NCBI RefSeq assembly: GCF_964188315.1
Contig: NC_135664.1
Span: 48,918,001 to 48,982,000, forward strand
DNA: 64,000 bases
Direction of reading: 5' to 3'
Origin: Podarcis muralis
Taxonomy: Eukaryota
The position numbers and the translations under genes are program-made. Shown here piece by piece: positions 12,671 through 25,132 of this stretch; positions within the stretch are counted from its first letter, which is position 1; every line of letters starts with the position of its first letter. Below the pieces are notes generated by a model. That model was not told the DNA's origin. It did not search any database and was given only the letters and a program-made list of their open reading frames with translations.

Positions 12671-13970
12671 GAATATTTTATAGCTACATAGTGGGTGAGA
12701 GGGTGGGTGGCATTTTGAAGAGTGGGAAAGGAGAAACGTGTTCTTGGTCCTCTCCTTTTTTCCTGCAGCCTTGCTTTGTAGTGCAGGGAGGAGAGTGTAA
12801 CCTCTTGGCCCACAACTCTCCCACAAACCCTGATTCTCCCTCCATCATACACTTGCTATATTTTATTAGAAACTTGAGCAGTCCAACCCTTCCTTCTCCC
12901 CTGCTCCCGTTTCCTTCCGCTTCCTCCTCGGTTGATGTGTTGGCATTATGTCTGCATTAGAAGGTCACGGGTCCTTGTCATGCCATTTTTGATATTTCCC
13001 TTTCTTAAATTTTGATACATCTTCAAACCTAGGGAATCCCCCAGCTTTGCACCATCGTCACCTCATTTTGGGGATGGTCCATTCCTGTTTCAAACTGGCA
13101 GGCACTGGGTCACCCAAATTTGTTATTAGATCAATGGCTATATATAGTCATTCGACATAGCATTCTACTAAGGCAAAGGGTATATAGGTAATGGTTAACA
13201 CATATTATGTGCCTGTGAAAATAATCACATGCAATCAGATAAATAACTCCCATCAACATTTCCCCGGGAGAATGGGCTGAGTCAGTGTCAGTACTGCAGA
13301 AAACCTGAGCTCATTAAGGGCTTCACTAAGTAGAGGAAGCTAATATTTCTAGTGGAGAGGGAACAATGATTCATGACGTCCTCTGAAGCTTTGGAAGAAA
13401 TTGCCACACCTGGAAAATTGATGGGCTATCGAATACGAATTAGTATTGCTCCCTTTCTGTACAGGTCTATTAATTGTCTGCTGGAGAGCTCATTATTACG
13501 AGGTGCTTTGAGAACCGCCTGCTGTAGAGTGGAGTCTGGCACAGGAGGAGGAGTATGATAGACACACAATTATTTTGGAGTCTCTGATGAGTTTTCAAAC
13601 TGCATGTGTTGGCATTTGGGGCATGTCCTCTGGCATAATCCCTTTCTCCTCTCATGAGGGAGGGCATCATTTGTACATGCCTAAGCAAATGTATGGATTT
13701 TGAACTACTACAGGTACATATTATGTTTGACTTGCTCTATAAGTTGTGAGCTCAGCTCCCCTGGTGCTTTCTTTCCATACATTAGTGGAGCACCTTTGGA
13801 TCAGTTGGCTTATAGGTTCAGAGCGTCTCCCTTTTCTGGTTAGATACCATTCAGAAATCCAACAGGTGAAGCTCCCCTTCACTTCATAGCCATGCTGGAG
13901 AAGCCATACCTGTAGGATTTCTGAACAATCCACAATGGTCTTCAATGCAGATATCCTGCAGGAAAAAACT

Positions 13971-13971
<1 letters not shown>

Positions 13972-14015
<44 letters not shown>
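13972..14015. repeat. (TG/CA)n microsatellite
   Basis: Perfect dinucleotide run. Similar runs at about 10862-10880 and 11035-11068. Confidence 0.95.
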
Positions 14016-14017
<2 letters not shown>

Positions 14018-14562
14018 AATAGATGACAATCCTAGGTATACATATTTTTTTTCTGCTATCATTTTTCACCCAGAATCGTAACTAGTTTGTCCAAGATTTT
14101 TATTCCGCCTTTCTTATTTGGATTTCCCACAGTTCAGTTTGTTCATCTATTTTATAAAATTTATTCATTGCTTGTTGTAAGAAAGTGGTATATAACAAGG
14201 TAGTTCCTGTCTATCCTTCCTCCTTTGCTTCTCACTGCAATGCATCTTTCAATCCCAAATAAATATTTGCATCTCTCAGGCCCTTTCCAGAATGGACAGA
14301 GGCTAAATTGACTGCTGGTGTTGTTAGGTCAGTACTAAATATCTACTGCCTGGCCTCACTTACAATACGACTAGTGAGAGAACCCAACTTCTGAGAAGAG
14401 AGAAGCAAAACCTCTGAAGTCATTGTGCCTGAGGATTTCTGGGTAATATGGCCAGAACTAGATGGCATAGGTGAATATGTGGGCTCTTCAACCATTCTTG
14501 AAGATCTCTCTTTCCACTTCCAACTAGCAGGAAAAGCAGAGGGAAGCACAGAGCTCTCTTAC

Positions 14563-14711
14563 CCGCAAAAGTGGTTCCTGAAGGTCCCCTCCATCATTGA
14601 TGCCTCTGTTCATGGACACAAACCTCTCAAAGGGAGGTTTGTCTTTGACGTTGGGGTTGTGCAGGCTGGTGTTCAGCATTATGACGGAGAAAGAGAGGAT
14701 ATAGCAGGTGT
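14563..14711 (-). CDS. CYTH4: Cytohesin-4 exon 8 ([30 protein letters not shown]...EPLLR)
   Basis: 149 nt, Sec7 motif 2, GTAAG donor. Confidence 0.98.
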
Positions 14712-15984
14712 CTGCCAAAGAAAGGAAACAAGCGAGTGAGTGGTGTGCCTAAAGCCTATGATTTCTAGGAAGCTCGAAGAATAGGCATTGTGGCAAGCTT
14801 CAAAGAGAATCTTTAGTTTCAGTAGATGCAGTTGAATACGACAGACTTGCTTCCTAAGCTCAGCGTTCATATTCAGTTGTGGTTATCTATGATTATCCTG
14901 AAATAGGAGGCAGTGATAGCTATCAATATGGATAGCTTTAAAAGAGGGTCCATCAGATTCATGGAGCATAAGGCTATCGGTGATTTCCCACAGGCAAATG
15001 GTTGGCCTCTGTGGGAGCAGAATGATGGGCTAGATGGACTACAGGCCAGCTTTTACGTTTTTATGTACACATAGTACAGTAGTAAGAAAAAGAACACATT
15101 TATGGAAATTTGAGTCTTGCAAAAAACTGGAGAGGAGGGGTAAGAATTTTTTTCAAATCCTCCAGGAAGGAATCCATACTGGCCTTATTTAGCTTAACAA
15201 GGTAACCAAGGATTTTTAATTTTTCCTTGATTCCCCTTTTTCATTTAAAGCCCCATGCTTTTCACAGCAGCACAGGGCTCTCTCCACAGCTTCCTGCCTG
15301 GCCCACTTCCTGGAATGTCTTCAGAGACATTGTGTTGTGTTGCATCACTGCAAAGGGACTGTGGTTCTACTGAGAAGTGACGTGAGGCTCTATCCACACC
15401 TTCCGACTAGCCTCATTACCTGGCAGAACCAAGTAGCCCCCTCCCCAAATCTCTATAGAACTTTCTCCCACTCTACCCCAAGAAAGCACCTGAAAATTAC
15501 ACCTTATTTTCATGGCCGGGAGGGTATTTTTTTAGGAAAATCCAGGGGGATTTCAGCCCAGCCTTAATAGAAATGCCCACAGTTGGAGCATGGGAGTAGC
15601 TGAAGGAAGGGGAAAGATGGACAGCAGTGGGGGGACTGGGGTGCTATCTTGTGGAAGCATGGGGTCAGTGTGTGGTTCGGCAGAGGGGTTAAGACAAACA
15701 AAATTTCAGGGGAGAGCCCCCCCCCCCAAAGCTAGGGAAGAAGAGCTCAACCAGAGCAGCCCGGTGGTTACTAGGGCTACCCTTTGATTCATTTTGACAA
15801 AATCCTGAATAAATGTTTCCCGGCATCAGGCATAGCCAATGAGGCACCCTTCTGATGTTATGGACTATAAGTCCCATCAGCCTCAGCCAGCATGGCCAAT
15901 GGAGAGGCATGATGGGAGTTGGAGCCCATCATCTGGAGGGCACCACATTGGCAAATTCCATCTCACAGCCTTCCTCTCAGCTAC

Positions 15985-16097
15985 CTGTTGACTGGAAAAC
16001 TCCTGGGTTGCACTGACAATACCGGTTGGCAAAGGCCTCCATCATACGGTCAATCTTCTGTGCCTCCCCAGGCAACCGAAAGCTCCACAGGAACTGT
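15985..16097 (-). CDS. CYTH4: Cytohesin-4 exon 7 ([37 protein letters not shown])
   Basis: 113 nt. The catalytic glutamate finger FRLPGE is intact. Confidence 0.98.
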
Positions 16098-17747
16098 CTG
16101 GGAATGAGAAACCAAACCATCAGAGTCTGCTAATTGGCATAAGGATGGGAGAGTCTTCCACTGAAACTGGTATCAATCCTGGAAATCTTGAATTCTCTTA
16201 ACAACTGGCTGGAGGTTACTGAATTGAAGAAAGTATTAATATTCATTCCATTTGATCCTATTTGATTAGACTACATATCTTCCTACAAAAAGTTGAAACT
16301 CTTGAGGGCCAGTTTACTAGAAGCCAACATGGAGTCTATGGAATTTTAATGACAGATTGTCTCATGTGATGCTGTACATGGGTGATTCATGGGTTCTTCA
16401 CATCTGAGGAAAGTGCATTTGACCACTTGCCACACAGCATGAATTACATAAATGTGGAATCATCTTTTGTGCTGGAGCAGGATCTATGCAACTTGTTCTA
16501 TGTCTCTTTGTATGTATCATCTTATTCAAATTCCACGTAACAAATGACTCAAAATGTAATTCATCCTTAATGACTATTTCCTTGAAAAGTTCTTGCTTTG
16601 GTTTTTAGGTGACAGCAAAGGGTATACAATAAGCTGATTGGCTGATTTTGGAGCAGGAAATTCATCATGTGTTCAGCAGCTCTAAGTCAATATTGTATCA
16701 GTTCATCCTCCTCACTGCTCCCTTCTCAGGAATTATCTCAAAGCAACTCTGCTCCAAGATGTCTTCTTCACAAGCAAGACCCACCTCATGTTGACAAATA
16801 AGCATTTGGGGAAAACGTCAAAGTGCAAAAGGGAAGCTATCTCCTCCAACAAATTGTCACCAAGAGCAGATTCTCAGTCAGCTAATCAGGTATTAGGGAT
16901 CTGGGGAAACAGTAGATTTTCTAGTACCAGTTTTAGCTCATGTGATGTGAAATGAAGTCACTCCCAGTTGGTTCAAAGAGCAACAGGAATCAGAATGTAT
17001 AACTGTAGCTTCAACAAAGCCCTATTGGGGCGTTCTGCGTGAACTCGTAATAACAATCACATGGGGAGGAGAGGGAATTCCCTGCCAAACCATGAGCCTC
17101 TGGTTCATCATCTTCTTCTTTGTGTCAGCTCTCCATGAGTTAAAGGGTGGCTGCATGAATTGAAAACCCGGACTTTCCAGGTTCAACTAATCTGGCTCAG
17201 CAGCACCTGGATTTCTTTTATCCAAAAGGGTGTCCATCATGAAGTGTCAAGAAGCAGACACAGCACACATCCTCAAATCAGCATAGGATACTGCAGGCAG
17301 GAATGAGTGAAAATGCCCATTTCAGCTTCTCTCAGTCAATTGTTTTTCCAATCTTAAGTTTAGTTCTCCACATCTAAACATCAGTTTGCAGGCTGTTGCT
17401 TCTTTGTTTAAATGTTTCCTCATAGAAATTCATCAGCATCTTAAAGCAAATTGTTCTGAATAGACACATTTTCGTATGAAATTTCCCCCCATAAAATGCA
17501 TTTTTGTACATTATTTTCACTCATATATGCAACTACATGTGCACTTTACTAGAGTATATGTACATCATACTAAGCTGGAAAACAGCACTGCAAAAGTCAG
17601 AGAAGTGCAAATCTTGAAGGAAGTTTGTGTTTCAGTATGCACGTTGTTTCGGAAATGGTAAATTAGGTAAGTTCACCTTTAAATACAAATGGAATTGAAT
17701 TTATCCATCTGTAGGTGTTTAATGCTTTGCTTAGACTTAGAGCATAC

Positions 17748-17828
17748 CTTAATGCTTGTACAAGGTTGAGATTGGCAAACTGGTGGCATTCTACAAAGGC
17801 CTGCAGAATCTGGAGGTTCAGTGGATCC
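17748..17828 (-). CDS. CYTH4: Cytohesin-4 exon 6 (DPLNLQILQAFVECHQFANLNLVQAL)
   Basis: 81 nt. HQFANLNLVQALR is the CYTH4-type motif. Confidence 0.98.
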
Positions 17829-18260
17829 CTGGTGGAAGAAAAATAACAGCGTGAGATGGGGAGAAAGCAAAGAGGAAGGTTATTCACCCCTAACTTGTTT
17901 ATTCATCATGCATTCTGATTTGCTTTCACAAAGCCTATGAGGGGGTTAGACTATGCCCCGTCTTTACTGAGTATTTGTTCTGATTTGTTTGCAGAGTGGT
18001 TATACCACAATGGACATTCATCCTGACTTGTGGGGTGTTAAGACATTTTCTCATTAACAATTTGCTTGTATTTCAGAATGGAAGAAAGTGGATATAAATA
18101 TAAGAAAAGAACATTTTTAAATAATGAAATATTATGAAAAGAATGAAATATTTCTCTACTTGAAATTGTTTTCCACCACTAATATTTATTTATTGCAGTG
18201 GGGGAAATGATTTCAGGTGGTTACATGGGGAAAAGAGAGAGAGAGAGAAAGAGTATTCAC

Positions 18261-18379
18261 CTTTCTCCCAAGTAATCTCCAATGGCTGTCTTGTTGAGGC
18301 CTTCTCCTTTGTAAAGGAATTTGGCAATTTCTTCCACATTTGATGACAGTATTTTGTGTTCAATCAGATACTGGATGCC
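18261..18379 (-). CDS. CYTH4: Cytohesin-4 exon 5 ([11 protein letters not shown]...[16 protein letters not shown])
   Basis: 119 nt, Sec7 motif, AG/GT boundaries. Confidence 0.98.
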
Positions 18380-18617
18380 CTGTTTGTGAAAAGCAGACTC
18401 GATTATCATGAAGGAGTCAATAATAGTAATAATACACATTTATATACTGCTTATATGCAAAAATGTATACCTTACCTGCCTGGCACCAGCTCCCTAAAAT
18501 TCTCTATGCCCATGAAACACCCTTCTTGCACTTTCATTTTGTTAAATTCATTCAGCTTTTTCTGATTTGTCACTGTGTTTATACTCCTTACACTGGATAC
18601 TTTATTGGAATTAAATA

Positions 18618-18826
18618 CAGTGGTACCTCAGGTTACATACGCTTCAGGTTACAGTCTGCTAACCCAGAAATAGTAACTCGGGTTAAGAACTTTGCTTCAG
18701 GATGAGAAAATAAATTGCGCAGCGGCGGTGCGGCAAGTGCTTCAGCAAGTGCTTCAGCTTAAGAACAGTTTCAGGTTAAGAACGGACCTCCGGAACAAAT
18801 TAAGCTCTTAACCCTAGGTACCACTG
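18618..18826 (+). mobile_element. Tc1/mariner (Tigger-like) MITE
   Basis: TIR cagtggtacctc...ggtaccactg with TA TSD. Confidence 0.85.
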
Positions 18827-19186
18827 TATAGGTGCTGCACTTTATATTTATATTTTTATAGTGACTCTTGATGAAGGAAGGCTGATAATTTGTTCTGGAC
18901 ATCATTCTCTAGTCAAATACTGTAAACAGGTTCTGCTGGTTTGTAGTTGCAGTGCTTCAAAACCTGCAAAACCTAGGTGATCAGCGATGCCAACAGGGCA
19001 AAAGAAAAGAGCCTCAACCCTAATCAACATTCCTTACCTGCCTCCAGAATAATTCCAACCGTATTTTAGTGCCGCAGTTATCAGAAGCAGTTAACCCTAC
19101 CATGGTAGCATAGAATATGCCCACTATTGGAATGGTCCAATATCAGAAGCTCATCAGGACAGCTCCCTTATCCATGCCCAAAAGTA

Positions 19187-19397
19187 CAGCGGTACCTTGG
19201 GTTACAGATGCTTCAGGTTACAGACTCCGCTAACCCAGAAATAGTACCTTGGGTTAAGAACTTTGCTTCAGGATGAGAACAGAAATCGCGCAGCAGTGGG
19301 AGACCCCATTAGCTAAAGAATGCTTTAGGTTAAGAATAGTTTCAGGTTAAGAGCAGACCTCCAGAATGAATTAAGTTCTTAACCCGAGGTACCACTA
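19187..19397 (+). mobile_element. Tc1/mariner MITE, same family
   Basis: Same TIRs and internal sequence, TA TSD. Confidence 0.85.
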
Positions 19398-20216
19398 TAG
19401 AGTCCAAAAACTGAAGGTTTTGTGTTAATCCATTACAGACACACAGAGCACAAAACCCAATTCATTAGGATAGCACAAAACCCAATCTATTACAATCAGC
19501 TGGCAGGCATATATTAGTATGCTGGCATGGTTCCCTAACTTCCTCAAAGCTAACAGGTCACAAACAACAGTCAAACTTGAAAGCCTCATTCTTGCCTCAT
19601 TCATTTTGAGGAGCAAGGAAGTCCCATTGTTTACTGTGGAGCGCTAGCAGTTAACATCACTGCTTTCAAAGGACTAGGGCTGCACTTCCTGACATTTCCC
19701 ATCCACTACACCACAGAGATGCCTTTCCCCACTAGTGTATCTGCTGCTCTGCTGAGGCTTAGCTACTGCTTAATTGTGGAGCTTCTGCTCCTGACTGCAG
19801 CACTGACAGTAAGAGGGGAGTAATTAAGTTGGGAGTATTTTGAAAGGAACTGGTTGGCAGGAAGTGCAGTGAAGACTGGGTTCGGGCTGATAGACTGCAC
19901 AGATGTAATTAGGCCAAAGAAAGAGAGATAAGAGCAGACACAACTTCAATTCTCTTCAGTCCAGCCAGGGTGAGTTCTGGGCTTGGGCCTCATCAACTTT
20001 CCTTGCAGGTCTCTCTCTTGCTGGGCTAAAGGAGGGCTTGTTGTAGAAAGATGGCGCAAGACCAAGAGCTGAAAGATCTCCCAGTTAAGAGGGCTGCAAA
20101 TACTTTTATTGTTGTTTTTGGTTTTCTTTCTAAAGTAGATGCTGCATGAACCACCCAGAGGAGGGAGACACTCCAGGTCTCTTTTTAATGTTCCCATCTT
20201 CTTTTTAAGGTGACAT

Positions 20217-20255
<39 letters not shown>

Positions 20256-20959
20256 GGTTGCATTTCTAGCTCACCTTTTTCTCAAAAGAGCTCAAGGTGG
20301 TATACATGGCTCTACGTCTCCTCATTAATCCTCACAACAACCCTGTGAGGTAGTGAAAGGCCCAAGATTACCAGGGAGCTGAATGGCCAAGTGAGGATTT
20401 GAACCCTGGTCTTCCAGGTCCCAGTCTGGCTCTCTAACCACTATGCTACACTGCCTCTCCATTTTTGGCTGTTGCAACATTGGTTGGGGTTGGACTATAA
20501 GGGAGGTGATAGTGCTCTGGGCGTCCTTAGAACATTTTCATTCAATTCCAGAGAGAAGAATTGAGGATGGGGTCATATATTCCTGGTGAAGAAGAATTCT
20601 TAGAATAGTTCTGTTCTGCCTCTTGTTGCTGATTTTTCAGTCCTTCCTAATTGTTCCTCTTCATTCTGCATCACTATCGAGCATTCATTCTGATTGTTTT
20701 GCAGGGAGGTCAGATGCCACGTTGCATCAAACAAATGCCATTTGTCCCTGTGCATTTTCCTGTCACTTTCCTTATCGCAAATGACATTTTGATTATTTTG
20801 GAAGTGGGTTTATTGCACAAGAGCTCCAAATTGAGTTTAGCTATATTCAAATCCCGCTTGAATATAGTGACAGTCTGTTCCGTCTCTGCCTCCCGACACC
20901 AACAGCATGTCTGCCTCCTGGGGAGAATTGTGGGGTTTCAGTGGATCCTTGCCACACTC

Positions 20960-21140
20960 CAACCAATCTGGACTGGTGCTGCACTGAATACCCAGGTGGG
21001 AAAAGCTGGGCAAGGTCACCAGTCCAGGTGTCTGAGATTTACACTGGATCAGCCACCTCACCCACCATCAAATTGTGGATGAGAGTTGTTTTATTGTGGA
21101 CTGAGCTTGCATTAAGCAACAGCACCACCAGACGGAAAGG
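20960..21140 (-). mobile_element. L2-type LINE AP-endonuclease remnant
   Basis: Translates as LLLNASSVHNKTTLIHNLMVGEVADPV*ISDTW...QLFPPGYSVQHQSR, resembling an APE N-terminus. Confidence 0.75.
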
Positions 21141-21856
21141 CAGGCCACAATGTGTAGAAGACATGGAGCTAGCCGGAGCAATGGTCTGACTCAGTGAAAG
21201 GGACTTCCTTTGTTCTTGGACTCCACCTTTTCTGCTGTCAAGATTGTGACAGACTCCAAGTAGCCACAACATCTAAGAGCCATGATTGTGAGATGCCTTC
21301 TCTGTTGGTGTCATCTCCTATTGAAAACTGTCTTTTAGCTTAACTGCTGGCCATCTTTGGAGAAGTTAGGCTTAACTGAATATATATCCAAAAAGTTCTC
21401 CGAGCACTTGGACATTTGCTTATGTGATTAAGAATCACATGGCGGTGAAGGGTGGGGCTGCCTCCTCTGAACTAAGGGCACTGTTGTGTCTCCACACATG
21501 GACCTGTCTATCCAGATCACAGCAGCATCGTAGGTACATACAGCAATCTCCTCTCAACAAATGTGACTTCCTCCCCACAAAATGCTTGTAGGCAGTAGGA
21601 ACTGAGGATGCAACAGCCCCGCCTTCCTTCCAGGTGATTGTAAAGTCACGTGAGAGGACATCTGAATATGATTTAGGAACTGCACTGATGAGTCTTCTGT
21701 AGGCCTGTGCCTACTCTGTTCTTTAAAAACAAAAGCTTTACAACCTTAGGGACTAGAAATGTGCTTCTTTTTAAACGAAAACTCCAGATCTTGAATTTTA
21801 CATGTAATAGTCAATCTCCACTTATACAGTACAAATACACATAGACCTGACCTGAC

Positions 21857-21923
21857 CTTAGTAGGGTCCATGTTAAATTTCTTCCGTCCAACGCACATTT
21901 CTTTATCCCTCTGGGCCAGCTTG
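21857..21923 (-). CDS. CYTH4: Cytohesin-4 exon 4 (KLAQRDKEMCVGRKKFNMDPTK)
   Basis: 67 nt, start of the Sec7 domain (GRKKFNMDP). Confidence 0.97.
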
Positions 21924-23382
21924 CTGCAAAAACCAAGATGAGATTTGATTAAATATGGAACAGATTGAAGAAGAGCAACCTATGACTTCTAGACTTTTCC
22001 TCCTGGGTGCTCGCTGGCTTCCCAGCAAAATAATCCAAATCTCTCCTCAATTCTGGCTCGGTCAGAAGATGCTCCACCATTTTGCCAATTTGTTTTGGCA
22101 CTGAACCCATTTATGGCTCACCTTCCTCCAGCCTGAGCCAGACCGCAGGGTCAAATTAAACATGATGTAGGATCATGGCTTATGGTAGCTTGGTGGGCAT
22201 TTGTGTGTATACTTGAATTAGGGGAACCACCCATAGGGAAAGGGTTAGGCACCCTCCACTGTTTCTCTGCTCCCAGTTCTTTCCTCCTCCTACAGCTTTT
22301 CATCCAAAGGTGTGGGGTGGGGGAGACCATCAGGTTACTGTTACATGTTTTCGCATGTGACATGTACTTTGGCCCATTCTGAGCAATAATTAATACACAT
22401 CACAGCATTGGCTACCCCCACCAAGGTTACAGTGTGTAGCTTTTCAACAAGGCCAACATATTAAAATGCACATTTGAATGGTTCATCGCTTTGAATGGAC
22501 AGCTTCCCCATTCACCTAACAACAACTATTATTATTATTTATGTGCCACCCATCTTACTGGGGACTCCGCTGTAAGCTGCAAATGTTTTAAGTGTGTTTT
22601 AAGTGCAATATACAATGTGACACTAGATGGTGAAATTTCCTTATGGAAAATTCAATGTATTTTATTTTTTTTTAAGTGCTTTTTTAAAAAGCATTTTCAG
22701 AACTTTTTTTATATGTGTGTAGACTCCACCTGGGTTGCACCAGCCAGTCTTGACAGCTCCCAGCAAAAAATAGTAAAAGCACAATATAACATCACACACT
22801 AAAAACATCCCTGAACAGGGATGCCTTCAGATGTCTTTTAAAATGTATTTCCCTTAAGATGGGCCATTCAAGAGTCCGTCCACTCAAGCCCTGGCACTTT
22901 ACTGAGACTTGGAGTCATGGCATTTCAACCTCATTGACTTGGATGTAAATGAGCAGTAGCTCAGTGTTTCCCAACCTTTTTTGGGCAAAGGCACACTTGT
23001 TTCATGAAAAAAATCTCGAGGCACACCACCATGCCAGATGGGGAAAGGTCACTTTTTACTTATGTAAAAAAAATTAAAAAAATAGTAACAGCATAGAAGG
23101 TAATGGTTAGGCTAGCATCCCTCTTCCAAATATGCTAGGTTTTTATTTGCAGGGACTGTTCTACATGGGAAAGCATTCAGCACTGTCATTCTCCCATCTG
23201 CCATCTGAATTGGTACTATTCTGGGTCAACCTACTCTGCTGCATGTGTAGATGAAAATGGCACCAAGTGTGGGGGAGGGGGCAGAACAGGTTTCAGATAC
23301 AGGATATTAAGCATACACGTACTTCAGATTGAACTGGTTGCTTGCTTTGCAAGTTTTCATTTCCCAAATGACTGCCTTGGCA

Positions 23383-23780
23383 AGCGCAATACCTACCAGG
23401 CTCAACGCCGGTCTCGCGCTGCCGCTTCCCGCGCTCTCAAGGACCCGGGAGGAGGAAGGCGTGAAGGGAATCCCGAAGGCGCGAAAACCTCGCGCATGCG
23501 CAGGCCTTCCGCCTGCGACAGCCCAGTAGGTTGGCCGAAGCGAGCGGCGATGGGATGTGGGAGGGAGCTCGCTCGCCGCCCCGCGTGTGCCTATGTGGGG
23601 CACGTTACAGCCCCGTGACGTCAGCGCCACGCAGGCAACCAGGCAGGCAGACGGCGAGAGCCCCGCGCTGGGCGGCCTCTCCTCGCCGCCGCCGCCCCGC
23701 CTCTCGCCGCCCGACTCGCCCGCCTCCCTCCAGGCAACATCTCGCGGCACACCAGGCAACGGAACACCGGTTGGGAAACA
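23383..23780. promoter_or_regulatory. Intragenic CpG island with promoter motifs (CYTH4 intron 3)
   Basis: Very GC- and CpG-rich. NRF1-like CGCGCATGCGCA near 23491, ETS GCGGAAG (minus), perfect CRE TGACGTCA at 23616-23623, three CAGGCAAC RFX-type half sites, minus-strand donor CTG|GTAGGT at 23397. Confidence 0.8.
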
Positions 23781-23827
23781 CTGCAGTAGCTATCATTGCA
23801 AGGGTCTGCTAACCATGTTCTGCTCTA

Positions 23828-23956
23828 AAGTGTTCTTCAACCCTGGGTTCCCAGATGTTGTTGGACTACAGTTCCCATAACCTTCAGCCACTTGGACCAG
23901 AGATGATGGGAGGTGTAGTACAACAACATCTGGGGACTCAGTGTTGAAGAACATTG
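23828..23956. mobile_element. Palindromic hAT-type MITE
   Basis: Long inverted arms (tgttcttcaac...cccagatgttgttggactac / gtagtacaacaacatctgggg...gttgaagaaca). Confidence 0.7.
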
Positions 23957-25067
23957 TTCTAAAGACTGACATGTACCGGTATATCACTTTTATTGTTTGC
24001 CCCATGCAAGATGGCATAGTTATCTCATATCAGGTTTCCCAAGAATTTGCTATGAATATTAGGGATATATAGATTCATTTTAATGCCTTTGCACTCCTTT
24101 TTTAGAATTCTTATTGTAGCATCTTGGGTGTTCCTGAACCTGGTTAGACATTTCCAGTGTAAATCATCTATATTTTTGTATATACTGTACACATTCTTCT
24201 ATGCCAACTTTCATAATAGTATATGTTTAAAACATGGGATAGATTTATTTGCACAGGATAGATTTATTCTTTAGTCTCATGCTTTTTGTCTATTTTCTTA
24301 AACGCAGCCCCCTTTTTGCTTTGTTTTTAGTTGGCAATTTTTCTGGCAGTGCCACAACTACACTTATAGCACATTCTTAGACTTACAGAGACATATGGTG
24401 CTGATAACAGATTCAGAGGAAACCTAACTGATCAGCTGCTAAAGATACTATCGTTGATATTCTCTGTTTATGATGTAACGGAGTAAAGATTATATGAAAT
24501 GCTTTTTTGGAGTGATACACAGTTCAAAGCAGTTCAGGCTCAGGCTCATAGCCCAAAATGCAGTGGGAGTCAAAAGTAGGGGGCTCGACCCTGACTTAGA
24601 TGTTAGGTATCTTGTTTTGAAAATTAAAGAAAATCTGTTTATTGGGAGATGCTGGGAAATAAACATGGTTCACAGATCATCGCTGGGAATGTTGGTGAAA
24701 TGAATACGCCATGGTTAAATAATGTTTAACTCAGTTCCTTTCTTTGTCACCTGAAACACATGAGCCCATCATCATTATTTTTTCAAATATAAAGAAATTT
24801 GTACAGTAGATTAGGTTCTCTTTCAGAAGAACACAAAGAGAGCATCGTACACCTGGTATTCAGACAACATGGGTTAGTTATCAGCTAACCAGGAAATATA
24901 GGGTCTCCCATAAAGCTATAAACACTTAACGTGGTCGTGACCACCACTCCCATCATCCCTGATCATTGATCATTCTAACTAAGGCTTATGGGAGCTGGAG
25001 TCCTACATATCTAGAGAGCCAGAAGTTTCCCATCCCTCCTCCTTGTGGAGCATCCCTGGCTCCTCAC

Positions 25068-25132
25068 CTTGTTTGTGTTTGCTGGAAACGATCTATCTCT
25101 TCAAACACTTCTGCAATCTCATCTTTTAGCCT
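25068..25132 (-). CDS. CYTH4: Cytohesin-4 exon 3 (RLKDEIAEVFEEIDRFQQTQT)
   Basis: 65 nt, tag/GTGAGG boundaries, matches the KLKDEIADVFAQID motif. Confidence 0.95.
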
